The position numbers and the translations under genes were made by a program. Under the pieces are notes generated by a model, which saw only the letters and a list, made by a program, of their open reading frames with translations, made no database searches and had not been told where the DNA came from. Positions 39,058 to 48,199 of a stretch of DNA of 64,000 nt are shown here, piece after piece. The stretch spans positions 146,587 through 210,586 of the IMG/VR virus record IMGVR_UViG_3300042350_004191, one strand, 5' to 3'. Position 1 is the first letter of the stretch. Every line of letters starts with the position of its first letter.

Positions 39058-40143
39058 ATGCAAATATATTCACAAGAAAAATGGTCTGAAATTTTAACAA
39101 AATATCCTAAACCAGAAGATCTTATAAAAGAAGATATTTGGATTAAAACCAGAGGATTAGATCTTAAAAAAGAGATAACATTAGACCAAGCTAAAGATGA
39201 TTTTAATTTATTAAAGTCGTTAGAAACAAATAATTTAATCAAAGAAAGAAATATCTTTTCAAGATATGATTATAAATGGGAATTGGGAAGCAAATATATA
39301 GACTCTTGTAATATTGGTAACAAATCTTCGAATTATTTTCATCAAGCTACTCGTTGGAAGTGTGATTCGATTAACTCACCGTCACCAGAAAGAAATTGGA
39401 ATGAAAAGAAGTTCTTTTTTACTTTATTAAACTCTCTGTGGTCATTAAAGGTTAAAGAAGTTTCTTTGGATACATTAAGAACATGTATGTCCATGAGAAA
39501 ATATGTAGCAAGCCAATTTAGACCATCTGCTGCAAAATGTTTATATGATCATTTTAAAGCTAAAAGAGTTTTAGATTTTAGTTCGGGTTGGGGTGATCGT
39601 TTATCAGCAGCAATGAGTTCTGAAACTGTAGAACAATATGTGGGTATTGATCCAAACGAAGAGCTTTTTGAGAATTATAAAAGACAAATTAATTATTTTA
39701 ATACAAATAAAAATATTCAACTTATAACTGCACCAGCAGAAGAAGTGTTTCAAAATTCACTAATAACAAAAGAAGATATCGAACCTGATCTTGTATTCAC
39801 TTCACCACCATATTTTATAGTTGAAAGGTATTCAAAGAGCGATACTCAATCATGGGTTAGATATAAAAAAATAGATAAATGGTTAACGGGATTTTTGTTT
39901 CCTGTTATAGCTGGAAGCTTAAATATATTAAAGACCAATGGTATTTTGGCAATAAACATAAGTGATGTTTATTGTAATCATACTGTTAATCAAATTTGCG
40001 ATCCTATGAATGATTATATTCAAAGTCTAGGTCTAGCTGACAAGATTGAAAATATTAATTATAGAATGGCAAAGAGAACAAATAGTAAATCGAACAAACA
40101 AGGAATATTTGTAGAACCTATTTGGATATGGAGAAAAAAATGA
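39058..40143 (+). CDS. DNA amino-methyltransferase (N4-C or N6-A)
   Basis: SAM-binding LDFSSGWG and catalytic FTSPPY; start moved to ATG 39058 behind TTGCTT-17-TATCAT. Confidence 0.85.
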   Translation: MQIYSQEKWSEILTKYPKPEDLIKEDIWIKTRGLDLKKEITLDQAKDDFNLLKSLETNNLIKERNIFSRYDYKWELGSKYIDSCNIGNKSSNYFHQATRWKCDSINSPSPERNWNEKKFFFTLLNSLWSLKVKEVSLDTLRTCMSMRKYVASQFRPSAAKCLYDHFKAKRVLDFSSGWGDRLSAAMSSETVEQYVGIDPNEELFENYKRQINYFNTNKNIQLITAPAEEVFQNSLITKEDIEPDLVFTSPPYFIVERYSKSDTQSWVRYKKIDKWLTGFLFPVIAGSLNILKTNGILAINISDVYCNHTVNQICDPMNDYIQSLGLADKIENINYRMAKRTNSKSNKQGIFVEPIWIWRKK

Positions 40144-40478
40144 AATTTACAACCAGACAATTAAACAAACTTTATTCTGATTGCTTGAATTTATTAAAAA
40201 AGCAAAAACCAGATTTTTTTCATTTAAGAAAAATGAGAGGTATATGGGGTCTGTGTTATGATGATAAATTAGAATTCGATTACAGATACTCAATAATTCC
40301 AACAATGTTTCATGAGTGTATTCATTTTTTATACCCCAACTGGTCTGAAACAAAGGTTTTACAAGCAGAATCTAGACTTATGAATTTTATTACACCATTA
40401 CAAGTCGCGGAGTGTTTAAAAATTTTTGCTAACAAACTTTATCGAAGTGAGCTTAAAAAGTCATTTTTTAATGAGTGA
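40122..40478 (+). CDS. Small HExxH protein
   Basis: MFHECIH motif. Confidence 0.55.
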   Translation: MDMEKKMKFTTRQLNKLYSDCLNLLKKQKPDFFHLRKMRGIWGLCYDDKLEFDYRYSIIPTMFHECIHFLYPNWSETKVLQAESRLMNFITPLQVAECLKIFANKLYRSELKKSFFNE

Positions 40479-41216
40479 ATGGAATGGACATTTTTCTATT
40501 GAGTAAGACTTCTTTGCTCTAAAGTTATTTTTATAGATATTAAAAAACGAAGCACTTGCTTTGTACCAACGATAAAGCAAACTGTTATCATACTTTTTAA
40601 ATCTCAATTTAAAATTTTCGCGTTTAAATGGAATTATTTGAGCAATAGGTGTTCCTTTTGGAATTAAACCAACGAAATCTTTTTTCAAAAAGAATGGAAA
40701 ATTTACCGACAAAGGAAAATTATCAGTATCTACTAAACCTCCTAATGTTCTAAAAGGTAAGTCTTCATAATAAGAAGGATGTGTGAAGATACAAGACCAA
40801 TTCGGCGGGGTTTCTATAATCCAAAAATTATTAAATTTAAATGGCATTTTTTCAAATTCTTTATGTATAGGATAGCCTTTAGATTGAATTTCCATATGAG
40901 GCTCGATCAATGGTAAATTATCCAAGGCCCACCGAAAATTTACACTCTGATTACCGCCATCATCAAATGTTCTTTCAACCCAAACATCACAAGGTAATGG
41001 AATATGATAACCACACGATATTAAATCTCTTACAGGCATACAATTTTTAATTGTAGCTGTGGGCATATTAAATTGATCTAAACTTTTTTCTTTTGTGTAA
41101 TATAAAGAGATATTTTTTATCCAATCCGGCAATTTTGAATTTGCTGGATATGGTTTTTCTAAAAACTCAGCATATTCGTTTCTAACAGGATAAATTTTTA
41201 ATCTGATACTAGACAT
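40461..41216 (-). CDS. Conserved phage protein of dUTPase-like/jelly-roll type (DUF6065-like)
   Basis: LPDW, TIKNCMP..D....GY, ETPP.WS.IFTHP, GLVDTD, IPKGTPIAQIIPFKRE. Confidence 0.55.
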   Translation of the reverse strand: MSSIRLKIYPVRNEYAEFLEKPYPANSKLPDWIKNISLYYTKEKSLDQFNMPTATIKNCMPVRDLISCGYHIPLPCDVWVERTFDDGGNQSVNFRWALDNLPLIEPHMEIQSKGYPIHKEFEKMPFKFNNFWIIETPPNWSCIFTHPSYYEDLPFRTLGGLVDTDNFPLSVNFPFFLKKDFVGLIPKGTPIAQIIPFKRENFKLRFKKYDNSLLYRWYKASASFFNIYKNNFRAKKSYSIEKCPFHSLIKK

Positions 41217-41291
41217 GTGTGTAATATTAAAACATTTTTATGTAAATGTCAAATACTTGCTTTCTTAAAAAAAGAAATAATTAAAAACACA

Positions 41292-41489
41292 ATGGAATAC
41301 GTCTATTTTATTTTAGCTTATTTCTTTTTTCTTTTAGGTGATATTTGTAGCAAAATTCCAACCCAAACTTTTTTTATTTTATATCAAAGATTTATGAATA
41401 TTTCGTTAACCCTTGATTCTAAGAGTGGTTACAAAATCTGGAAATTACCAAAGAAAAAACATTGCAAAAAAGCTAAAAAGGTGCAATAA
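41292..41489 (+). CDS. Small membrane protein
   Basis: Hydrophobic N-terminus MEYVYFILAYFFFLLG, basic tail. Confidence 0.5.
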   Translation: MEYVYFILAYFFFLLGDICSKIPTQTFFILYQRFMNISLTLDSKSGYKIWKLPKKKHCKKAKKVQ

Positions 41490-41503
41490 TTATAGAACAA
41501 TTT

Positions 41504-43483
41504 ATGGAAAAAATCATCACTGACGAGTTTATCAAAAAATATGAAAATAAAACTACCAATTGGGGTTTTAATGGCTTGGGTTATATCGTTTATAAAAGAA
41601 CTTATTCTAGAGTCAAAGAAAACGGTCAGAAAGAAGAGTGGTATGAAACAATTCAACGTTGTATCAACGGCGCACAGAAATTAGGAGCACAATATACTCA
41701 AGAAGAAGCCGAGAGACTTTTTGATCACATTTTCAATCTTCGCTGTAACTATGCAGGAAGAATGCTTTGGCAATTAGGGACAAACACCGTCGATAGATTT
41801 GGTGCAAATTCTCTTCTTAATTGCTGGAATGTTTCCATGAATGAACCAAAAGCGTTTTTGTTTTTATTTGAAAACTTAATGCTTGGTGGTGGTGTTGGGT
41901 TTTCTATTCGCAGAGAAGATATTCACGAACTTCCCAAAATTAAAAAAGGAGTAACTGTAATTCATGAATGCACAAAAGATGCAAAGTTTATTGTTCCCGA
42001 TAGCCGTGAAGGTTGGATTGAACTCCTTGATCGTGTTCTTCATGCTTACTACGTAAGTGGAAAATCTTTCAACTATTCTACAATTCTCATTCGTGGTGCA
42101 GGAGAAAAAATTCAAGGTTTCGGTGGTCAGGCTAGTGGTGCTGGTATCTTGATTGAAGGTATTGATAAGATTTCAAAAATCTTTCAACAAAGAGAAGGTA
42201 AAAAACTTCGCTCAATTGATGTGTTGGATATTTGTAATATTATCGGCAGTATTGTTGTTTCTGGTAACGTAAGACGATCTGCACAGATTGCTCTTGGTGA
42301 TCCTGATGATTACCTCTATCTTAGAGCTAAGAATTGGTCTTTAGGAAATATTCCTAACTGGAGAGCAATGTCTAACAATACAATCTATGCTGATGATTTC
42401 TCTCATATTTCAAACGAGATTTGGCAAAATGGTTATACCACAGATAAAGAAACTGGATTCGCCAAAGGTGAACCATATGGTTTTTTCAATCTTCCTCTTT
42501 CACAAAAGTATGGAAGAATTAAAGATGGTCTAATGAAAGATTCTAGTCTTTATCCAACAGACGAAGATAACGTTGTCGGAACAAACCCATGTGGGGAAAT
42601 TAGTCTTGCATCATATGAGTGTTGTAATCTTTCAGAATTATATCTTAACAACATTTCCTCTAAAGAAGAATTAATTGACTGTGCTAAATTGCTTTATAAA
42701 ACACAAAAAGCAATTGCAGCACTTCCGTTCATTCATGAAGAAACAAATAAGATCGTTCATAAGAACATGCGTCTTGGTCTTGGAGTAACAGGTGTTTGTC
42801 AATCACTTGATAAAGTTGATTGGCTAGATGAATGTTATAAAGAGCTTCGTAAATTTGATAAAGAATGGAGCAAACAAAAAGGATTTCCTCGTAGTATTAA
42901 ACTTACTACAATCAAGCCTAGCGGAACCTTGAGTCTTCTTGGTGGGGCAACGCCGGGTGTCCATCCAGCATACTCAAAATATTATATTCGCCGTGTCCGT
43001 ATGGCAAGCAATGATTCTTTGGTTCAATATTGTAGAGATATTGGATATCATACCGAATATGTAATCAATTTTGATGGATCAGAAAATCATGATACTGTTG
43101 TAGTTGAATTTCCGTGTGAAACACCAGATGGTGCAATTTTTGCAGCAGACATGGGTGTTATCAAACAACTTGAGACTGTAAAGAAATTGCAAACAGTTTG
43201 GTCTGATAATGCCGTCAGTGTTACAGCATATTATGCTGAAGAGGAACTTCCAGAACTTAAAAAATGGTTGGAAGAAAATTATCAAAATTCAATTAAGTCG
43301 GTTAGTTTCTTGTTAAGACAAAATCATGGTTTTAAACAAGCACCTTACGAAGAGATTGATAAAGAAACTTACGAAAGACTTAAATCAAAAGTAAAACAAC
43401 CTAAAGCCGTGGAATTCGACGGTATTGGTGATACTGCTCTTGAAGGCTTGGAGTGTGAAGGTGGTGCATGTCCTATTAAATAA
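41504..43483 (+). CDS. nrdJ: Class II (adenosylcobalamin-dependent) ribonucleotide reductase, monomeric RTPR type
   Basis: YKRTYSR, LLNCW, LMLGGGVG, GNVRRSA, TNPCGEISL, CNLSE, TIKPSGT, C-terminal CEGGACPIK. Confidence 0.95.
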   Translation: MEKIITDEFIKKYENKTTNWGFNGLGYIVYKRTYSRVKENGQKEEWYETIQRCINGAQKLGAQYTQEEAERLFDHIFNLRCNYAGRMLWQLGTNTVDRFGANSLLNCWNVSMNEPKAFLFLFENLMLGGGVGFSIRREDIHELPKIKKGVTVIHECTKDAKFIVPDSREGWIELLDRVLHAYYVSGKSFNYSTILIRGAGEKIQGFGGQASGAGILIEGIDKISKIFQQREGKKLRSIDVLDICNIIGSIVVSGNVRRSAQIALGDPDDYLYLRAKNWSLGNIPNWRAMSNNTIYADDFSHISNEIWQNGYTTDKETGFAKGEPYGFFNLPLSQKYGRIKDGLMKDSSLYPTDEDNVVGTNPCGEISLASYECCNLSELYLNNISSKEELIDCAKLLYKTQKAIAALPFIHEETNKIVHKNMRLGLGVTGVCQSLDKVDWLDECYKELRKFDKEWSKQKGFPRSIKLTTIKPSGTLSLLGGATPGVHPAYSKYYIRRVRMASNDSLVQYCRDIGYHTEYVINFDGSENHDTVVVEFPCETPDGAIFAADMGVIKQLETVKKLQTVWSDNAVSVTAYYAEEELPELKKWLEENYQNSIKSVSFLLRQNHGFKQAPYEEIDKETYERLKSKVKQPKAVEFDGIGDTALEGLECEGGACPIK

Positions 43484-43510
43484 TCTTTTAATAGGATAAG
43501 TACTATAATC

Positions 43511-43945
43511 ATGAATGATTTTGAACAAAAGAAACTCGCAGAGGTATACCAAAAAGTATACAATAAAACAAATTTAAAAGAGGCTATAGATGTTTCTTTT
43601 GGTTCAGACTTCTTAACACAAGTTGTTCCTGCTTGGACAGCCGTAGGTTCTAGTGTTATGGCACTTGTTTTAGGTAACAAATATGCTGAAAATATTAAAA
43701 ATTTCTTAAACAAATTTGTTACAAAATATGCTATTAAAGAATTAGAAAATAATTCAGAGTTTAAAAGTTTAATTGAGCAAAGAACTAAAAGCCAAGACAA
43801 CCAAGAAAGAAGTCAGTTAACGACTAAAATTTATGAAATGATGTTGGATACTTTTGCAAACAGTTCTTTATTATCCAAGCTCAGAATTAGTCCTCAACAA
43901 AAACAACAAATAATTAATACTTTTAGAGAAAAAATAGTGAAATAA
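43511..43945 (+). CDS. Hypothetical late protein with one hydrophobic segment
   Basis: GATAAGTA box upstream; LKEA motif. Confidence 0.6.
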   Translation: MNDFEQKKLAEVYQKVYNKTNLKEAIDVSFGSDFLTQVVPAWTAVGSSVMALVLGNKYAENIKNFLNKFVTKYAIKELENNSEFKSLIEQRTKSQDNQERSQLTTKIYEMMLDTFANSSLLSKLRISPQQKQQIINTFREKIVK

Positions 43946-43984
43946 GTTCTTGCATTATTCCACCTTTTATTATAGAATAAAAGG

Positions 43985-44404
43985 GTGAAAGTTAAACTCT
44001 TAAATATAAATGCAGAGATACCTACTAAAGGTTCACAAAATGCTGCTGGATATGATCTTTATTCAACAGAAGCTGGTGTAATCAAACCCAAGGAAAGAAG
44101 ATTAATTAAGACGGGTTTGGTATTAGAAATACCATCTGGCTATTATGGTAGAATAGCACCAAGATCAGGTTTAGCATTTAAAAGTGGCATAGATGTTATG
44201 GCTGGTGTGATTGATTCTGATTATAGAGGAGAAATTGGAGTGATTCTTTATAATAGTGATAGCTATAGTGATTTTATTTTCGGTATGGGAGATAAAATTG
44301 CACAAATAATTTTTGAAAAACACTATGACTTCGATATGAGTCTTATAAATGATTTAAGTGAAACTAAAAGAGGAGATGGTGGTTTTGGTTCAACTGGAAT
44401 TTAA
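43985..44404 (+). CDS. dut: Trimeric dUTPase
   Basis: AGYDL, PRSGLA, GVIDSDYRGE, KIAQ, RGDGGFGSTG. Confidence 0.97.
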   Translation: MKVKLLNINAEIPTKGSQNAAGYDLYSTEAGVIKPKERRLIKTGLVLEIPSGYYGRIAPRSGLAFKSGIDVMAGVIDSDYRGEIGVILYNSDSYSDFIFGMGDKIAQIIFEKHYDFDMSLINDLSETKRGDGGFGSTGI

Positions 44405-44407
44405 AAA

Positions 44408-45343
44408 ATGAAAAACAAAGCATTATCATATGATGAGGTATATCTAGTTCCGCAATATTCGGAATTAGAAACACGAAAAGAAGCAAACACAAGTATTACA
44501 TTAGGTAAACATACGTTTAAACTACCAGTATTTCCATCAAACATGAAAACTGTTATTGATGAAAAGTGGTCTGAACAGTTTTCCTATAATGGCTATTTTT
44601 ATGCTATGCATAGATTCGATAGTGTGACAGTACCTTTTGTTCAAAAAGCTAACGAAAAAGACTTTAAGGTTATTAGTATTAGCACTGGTGTAAATGACGA
44701 TTCTTATCAAGAATTGTTAGACATTTATTACAAAAACTGGAGAGTAGATTATATCACAATTGACGTAGCTCATGGACATCATTTGAAAGTAAAAAATAGA
44801 ATTGAAGAAATTAGAAAATTATTTCCTAATGTTTTTATTATTGCTGGAAATGTAACCACACCAGAAGGTGTTGAGTTTTTAGAGGCATCTGGTGCAGATG
44901 CTACACGGATCGGTATAGGACCCGGTAAAGCCTGTACGACCAAATACCAAACAGGCTTTCATGTTCCGATGTTCAGTGCATTATTGGAATGCTCACAGGT
45001 AGCCAAAAAGCCAATGATTGCTGATGGTGGTGTAAACTATTATGGAGACGTAGCCAAAGCATTAACTGCTGGAGCAAGTCTTGTAATGGCTGGATCTATG
45101 TTTGCATCATGTTCAGATTCTCCAGCACCTACAATTAACGGAAGAAAGATATATTATGGTTCAGCTAGTTCACACAATAAAGGACATAACAATCATATTG
45201 AAGGAACTTTATTAGAATTAGAAACTCAAATTTCTTTGGAAGAAAGAATTAAAGAAATTACTCAAGCATTGCAAAGTTCAATTAGCTATGCTGGAGGTAA
45301 AGACTTGTCTTGTTTTCAAGGAATAAAATATGTTACAATTTAA
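44408..45343 (+). CDS. guaC: GMP reductase (IMPDH/GMPR barrel)
   Basis: PSNMKT, IDVAHGH, AGNV, GIGPGKACTTK, IADGG, YYGSAS, no CBS domain, 311 aa. Confidence 0.88.
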   Translation: MKNKALSYDEVYLVPQYSELETRKEANTSITLGKHTFKLPVFPSNMKTVIDEKWSEQFSYNGYFYAMHRFDSVTVPFVQKANEKDFKVISISTGVNDDSYQELLDIYYKNWRVDYITIDVAHGHHLKVKNRIEEIRKLFPNVFIIAGNVTTPEGVEFLEASGADATRIGIGPGKACTTKYQTGFHVPMFSALLECSQVAKKPMIADGGVNYYGDVAKALTAGASLVMAGSMFASCSDSPAPTINGRKIYYGSASSHNKGHNNHIEGTLLELETQISLEERIKEITQALQSSISYAGGKDLSCFQGIKYVTI

Positions 45344-45383
45344 CTTGAGATTTTTAAAAATTTCAGGATAAATCATTAATATA

Positions 45384-45395
45384 GATCTTTGACAA
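45384..45395 (+). promoter_or_regulatory. boxA-like antitermination element
   Basis: GATCTTTGACAA just 5' of the structured RNA and tRNA-Ser. Confidence 0.55.
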
Positions 45396-45403
45396 AAAAA
45401 ATC

Positions 45404-45735
45404 ACGATTCGGTAGCAGTTCATTACCGAATCAGGATAACAATCTTTTCTTGTTGGTGCGTTGGGAAAGTTATCCGAGCTAGGGGAGCCAAGCTGCGTTA
45501 AGCTATGATCCTATGCATTGATACAACACAAGATATGGACGAAGTTGTGTTCTGCGTATCGCGGAGCCTTCGTTGAGTGATAGGACAAATTCTAGGATAA
45601 AACCTATCAAAACCAACATTTGGGTTAATTCTGTAAATGGAGCCGACATGAGTATAAGGGTGATCTTAAGCAGTCTTATATCTCCACATACGAGTGGTTG
45701 GAATTAGTCCTGAATCGTCGCGGGTAAACGATTCA
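45404..45735 (+). ncRNA. Unidentified structured non-coding RNA (~330 nt)
   Basis: No long ORF, GC-richer than flanks, many complementary pairs (GATTCGGTA/TACCGAATC, GGATAAC/GTTATCC, TGTTGGT/ACCAACA, TGATAGG/CCTATCA, GAATCGT/ACGATTC). Confidence 0.75.
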
Positions 45736-45743
45736 ATTTTTTA

Positions 45744-45828
45744 GGAAGCGTACTCAAGCGGCTTAAGAGAACTGTCTACTAAACAGTCGAACAGAAATGT
45801 TCCGTGAGTTCGAATCTCACCGCTTCCG
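45744..45828 (+). tRNA. tRNA-Ser (anticodon ACT)
   Basis: Acceptor GGAAGCG/CGCTTCC, anticodon arm ACTGT-CTACTAA-ACAGT, long variable arm GAACA-GAAA-TGTTC, T-loop TTCGAAT, discriminator G. Confidence 0.92.
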
Positions 45829-45860
45829 TATATTAATACCATTGATTTTTTATAACAACC

Positions 45861-46094
45861 TTGTTAATTATTAATGTGAAAAAATACGCAATTAATATTA
45901 AATTCAAAAATCGTAATTTTAAATTAAATATTCTACCAAAAGGACATGATTCTTTTGATTTAGAAATGGAAGTTAAAGGAGTTTTAACAGGTCAAGATTT
46001 TCAAGAACTAAGAAAGTATCTTATTGATGAAGGTTATGTTGATGCAGCGAAAAGTTGGATTAAAGGTGAGAGCTATTTAGCTGAAGAATTATAG
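45861..46094 (+). CDS. Hypothetical protein between tRNAs
   Basis: ORF with plausible composition; true start may be GTG about 15 nt downstream. Confidence 0.55.
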   Translation: MLIINVKKYAINIKFKNRNFKLNILPKGHDSFDLEMEVKGVLTGQDFQELRKYLIDEGYVDAAKSWIKGESYLAEEL

Positions 46095-46168
46095 GGAGTT
46101 ATAGCTCAATTGGTTAGAGTGTCGCCCTGTCACGGCGAAGGTTGCGAGTTCGAGCCTCGTTGACTCCG
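46095..46168 (+). tRNA. tRNA-Asp (GTC)
   Basis: Cloverleaf GGAGTTA/TGACTCC, anticodon arm TCGCC-CTGTCAC-GGCGA, TTCGAGC T-loop. Confidence 0.95.
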
Positions 46169-46315
46169 TTTTAACGATAGGTAAATACTGTTAATGGAGC
46201 TAAAAAAATACAATTTAAAAGAATTGTATGAAATTGCAGAATGGGCTGCTAATATAGGTTTTTATTTCTTAACGAAAGAAATTATCAAGGAAATAAAAAA
46301 CAGGAAAGATAAAAA

Positions 46316-46903
46316 TTAAGCTACATATCTCGTTATGTAGTATTGGATTTTTTGAATAAAACCCGAAAACTTGTAAAGTAATTTTGCTACGATATTCCAA
46401 AACTTTTCCCAACCAATTTTTCTTAAGACTTTTTTGATTCGATTCCATAATTTTTTTTGTTCTTCGTTATGTTCTTTTTGCCATTCTTCAATAGAAAATT
46501 TGTTAGATTCTGTTCTTTTAAATTCTAACAATTCAATTTTATCTAACTTTCCATAGATAAAATATGCAGCGAAATCTACCCAAAAATCTTCTTTATCGTT
46601 AAGCTCTTCGTAAGCATAGAACTTTAACACACCGTGAAAGTCTATTTTTTTATTATAACGCTTTTTCTCTTCAAAATCTGCAACATGCCAAGGAACATCC
46701 CTTTGATCTTCTGGTACAGGGATCCAATCTCCTTCGACTACTTCTTCAAAAAGATAACCTCTTTTATCAATAAAATAATGTCCCATATAGTTTTCCAAAG
46801 CTTTTGTTTGGAAGCTGACCTTATCCCAATTAATATTAAGATCTTTGAGTTCCTTACTTAAAGGAAGCTTTCTTTTAATTTTTATTGAATCAAACATTCC
46901 CAT
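46316..46903 (-). CDS. Hypothetical protein (MGMFD-type)
   Basis: 195-aa ORF starting MGMFDSI with FQTK.L motif. Confidence 0.7.
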   Translation of the reverse strand: MGMFDSIKIKRKLPLSKELKDLNINWDKVSFQTKALENYMGHYFIDKRGYLFEEVVEGDWIPVPEDQRDVPWHVADFEEKKRYNKKIDFHGVLKFYAYEELNDKEDFWVDFAAYFIYGKLDKIELLEFKRTESNKFSIEEWQKEHNEEQKKLWNRIKKVLRKIGWEKFWNIVAKLLYKFSGFIQKIQYYITRYVA

Positions 46904-46904
46904 T

Positions 46905-47069
46905 TTATTGTTCCTCCCACTTTGGTAATTCTACATCGTTAATTGGTGCGAAATATTCATCTATCTTTTTTTCAATTCTAGAAAAACGATATTCGCTAGA
47001 AATTAAAAATCCTAGTTGGATTATTAAAATAGACATTATAGCAAATGTTACAGTATTAAAGTTTTTCAT
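46905..47069 (-). CDS. 54-aa membrane-anchored protein (not in ORF track)
   Basis: MKNFNTVTFAIMSILIIQLGFLISSEY...; fills the gap between flanking - strand genes. Confidence 0.55.
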   Translation of the reverse strand: MKNFNTVTFAIMSILIIQLGFLISSEYRFSRIEKKIDEYFAPINDVELPKWEEQ

Positions 47070-47085
47070 ATCTTATATAGTATCA

Positions 47086-47937
47086 TTACTTGTTATAGTT
47101 TTCAATAGCCTTTTTCATAGCTGTTTTGATATCAGATAAACCTAATCCCAAATCATTGATTTTTTTGGTACTTAAAACACAGTTACTTCTAGCAACTCTA
47201 AAATTGGCATCTTGCAATGAAACAAAGTTCCAGTTGGGATTTTCAAGATTGTTTTCTTTAAGAAGATCAACCACTTCTTGTGCATTGATTGTACCACTAT
47301 TCACAACATTATACACACCAGTTGGTGGTCTTTCTTTAAAGCAGCAGCAAGAAATAAACTTATAAGTGAAATTAACAAGTTCATCAATATTTGTTAAAGA
47401 ATTTTTCATATTGATGAGATTGTTATAATTCAACAATTTCCACAGGTAATTTTTAGGCTCTGCAACCGAATTAAAAGGAATTCTGATTCTGAAAATATAA
47501 CGATCCATGTGTGCTGTTAATTTCTCGAAGATATCTTTTGTTTTAGAATAAAAAGAACTATAGTATTGTTCAATACCAAAATTTGAAGGATCTTCTTCAG
47601 TAAATTCTTTATCATAACCATTATAGATACAGCCAGAACCTATATGAATAATAGGTATTCTCATTTTATTAGCAGCCTTGGTTAATAGTATAGGGACTTC
47701 TACATTATATTTGAAACACTCTGCTTTTTGATCTTCACAAGCGTCTACATTTGGCTTTCCGGTAAAACCAGAAGTATTAACAATATATTCTGGTTTTTCA
47801 CTTACTAAAAATTCTTTAAACGCCGAAAAGTTTGAATAGTCTAAACTTCTTTTTGAGTGATGAATAATTTCGTGGTTTGTATTGGCTTTTGCTAAATAGT
47901 TTCCAATATATCCTTTTCCTAAGATTGCAATTTTCAT
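47086..47937 (-). CDS. NDP-4-keto-6-deoxyglucose 3,5-epimerase/4-reductase-like SDR (RmlD-like)
   Basis: GKGYIG, NTSGFTGKPNVDACE, SGCIY, FYSKTK. Confidence 0.85.
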   Translation of the reverse strand: MKIAILGKGYIGNYLAKANTNHEIIHHSKRSLDYSNFSAFKEFLVSEKPEYIVNTSGFTGKPNVDACEDQKAECFKYNVEVPILLTKAANKMRIPIIHIGSGCIYNGYDKEFTEEDPSNFGIEQYYSSFYSKTKDIFEKLTAHMDRYIFRIRIPFNSVAEPKNYLWKLLNYNNLINMKNSLTNIDELVNFTYKFISCCCFKERPPTGVYNVVNSGTINAQEVVDLLKENNLENPNWNFVSLQDANFRVARSNCVLSTKKINDLGLGLSDIKTAMKKAIENYNK

Positions 47938-48176
47938 ATAAAATTTAATTTTTCTTTTTTAGATTCTTCTAAGAGTTTATCTTTTAAAAAATCTAGTATA
48001 AGTTTAACATCATCATCGTCTAAGTCAAGTTCTAGTTTTGATTCATCATATTTCGAACCATAATTAAATTCCAAAATTAATTTCACAGGAGGTTCTACCC
48101 AATTTAAAAGTTTTCCTGAAAAGTCCGAATAGTATACAGCTTCTTCGTTTTCGGAAGGTTTTGTAACTTTTTTCAT
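47934..48176 (-). CDS. Hypothetical protein
   Basis: 80 aa, YYSDFSGK...FNYGSKYD. Confidence 0.6.
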   Translation of the reverse strand: MKKVTKPSENEEAVYYSDFSGKLLNWVEPPVKLILEFNYGSKYDESKLELDLDDDDVKLILDFLKDKLLEESKKEKLNFI

Positions 48177-48199
48177 TAAAATACTTTACATTATTAAAA

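Noticed and set aside
1547-43483. Inteins or introns in polymerase, helicase, terminase or RNR
   Set aside because: All have ordinary lengths and continuous motifs, with no C/S...HN-C/S/T insertion or split frame.
45404-45735. tmRNA, RNase P RNA or group I intron
   Set aside because: No tRNA-like GGGG..TTCGA ends; GGGAAAGTTATCC only loosely resembles the RNase P P4 strand and its 3' partner is absent; the region does not interrupt a gene.
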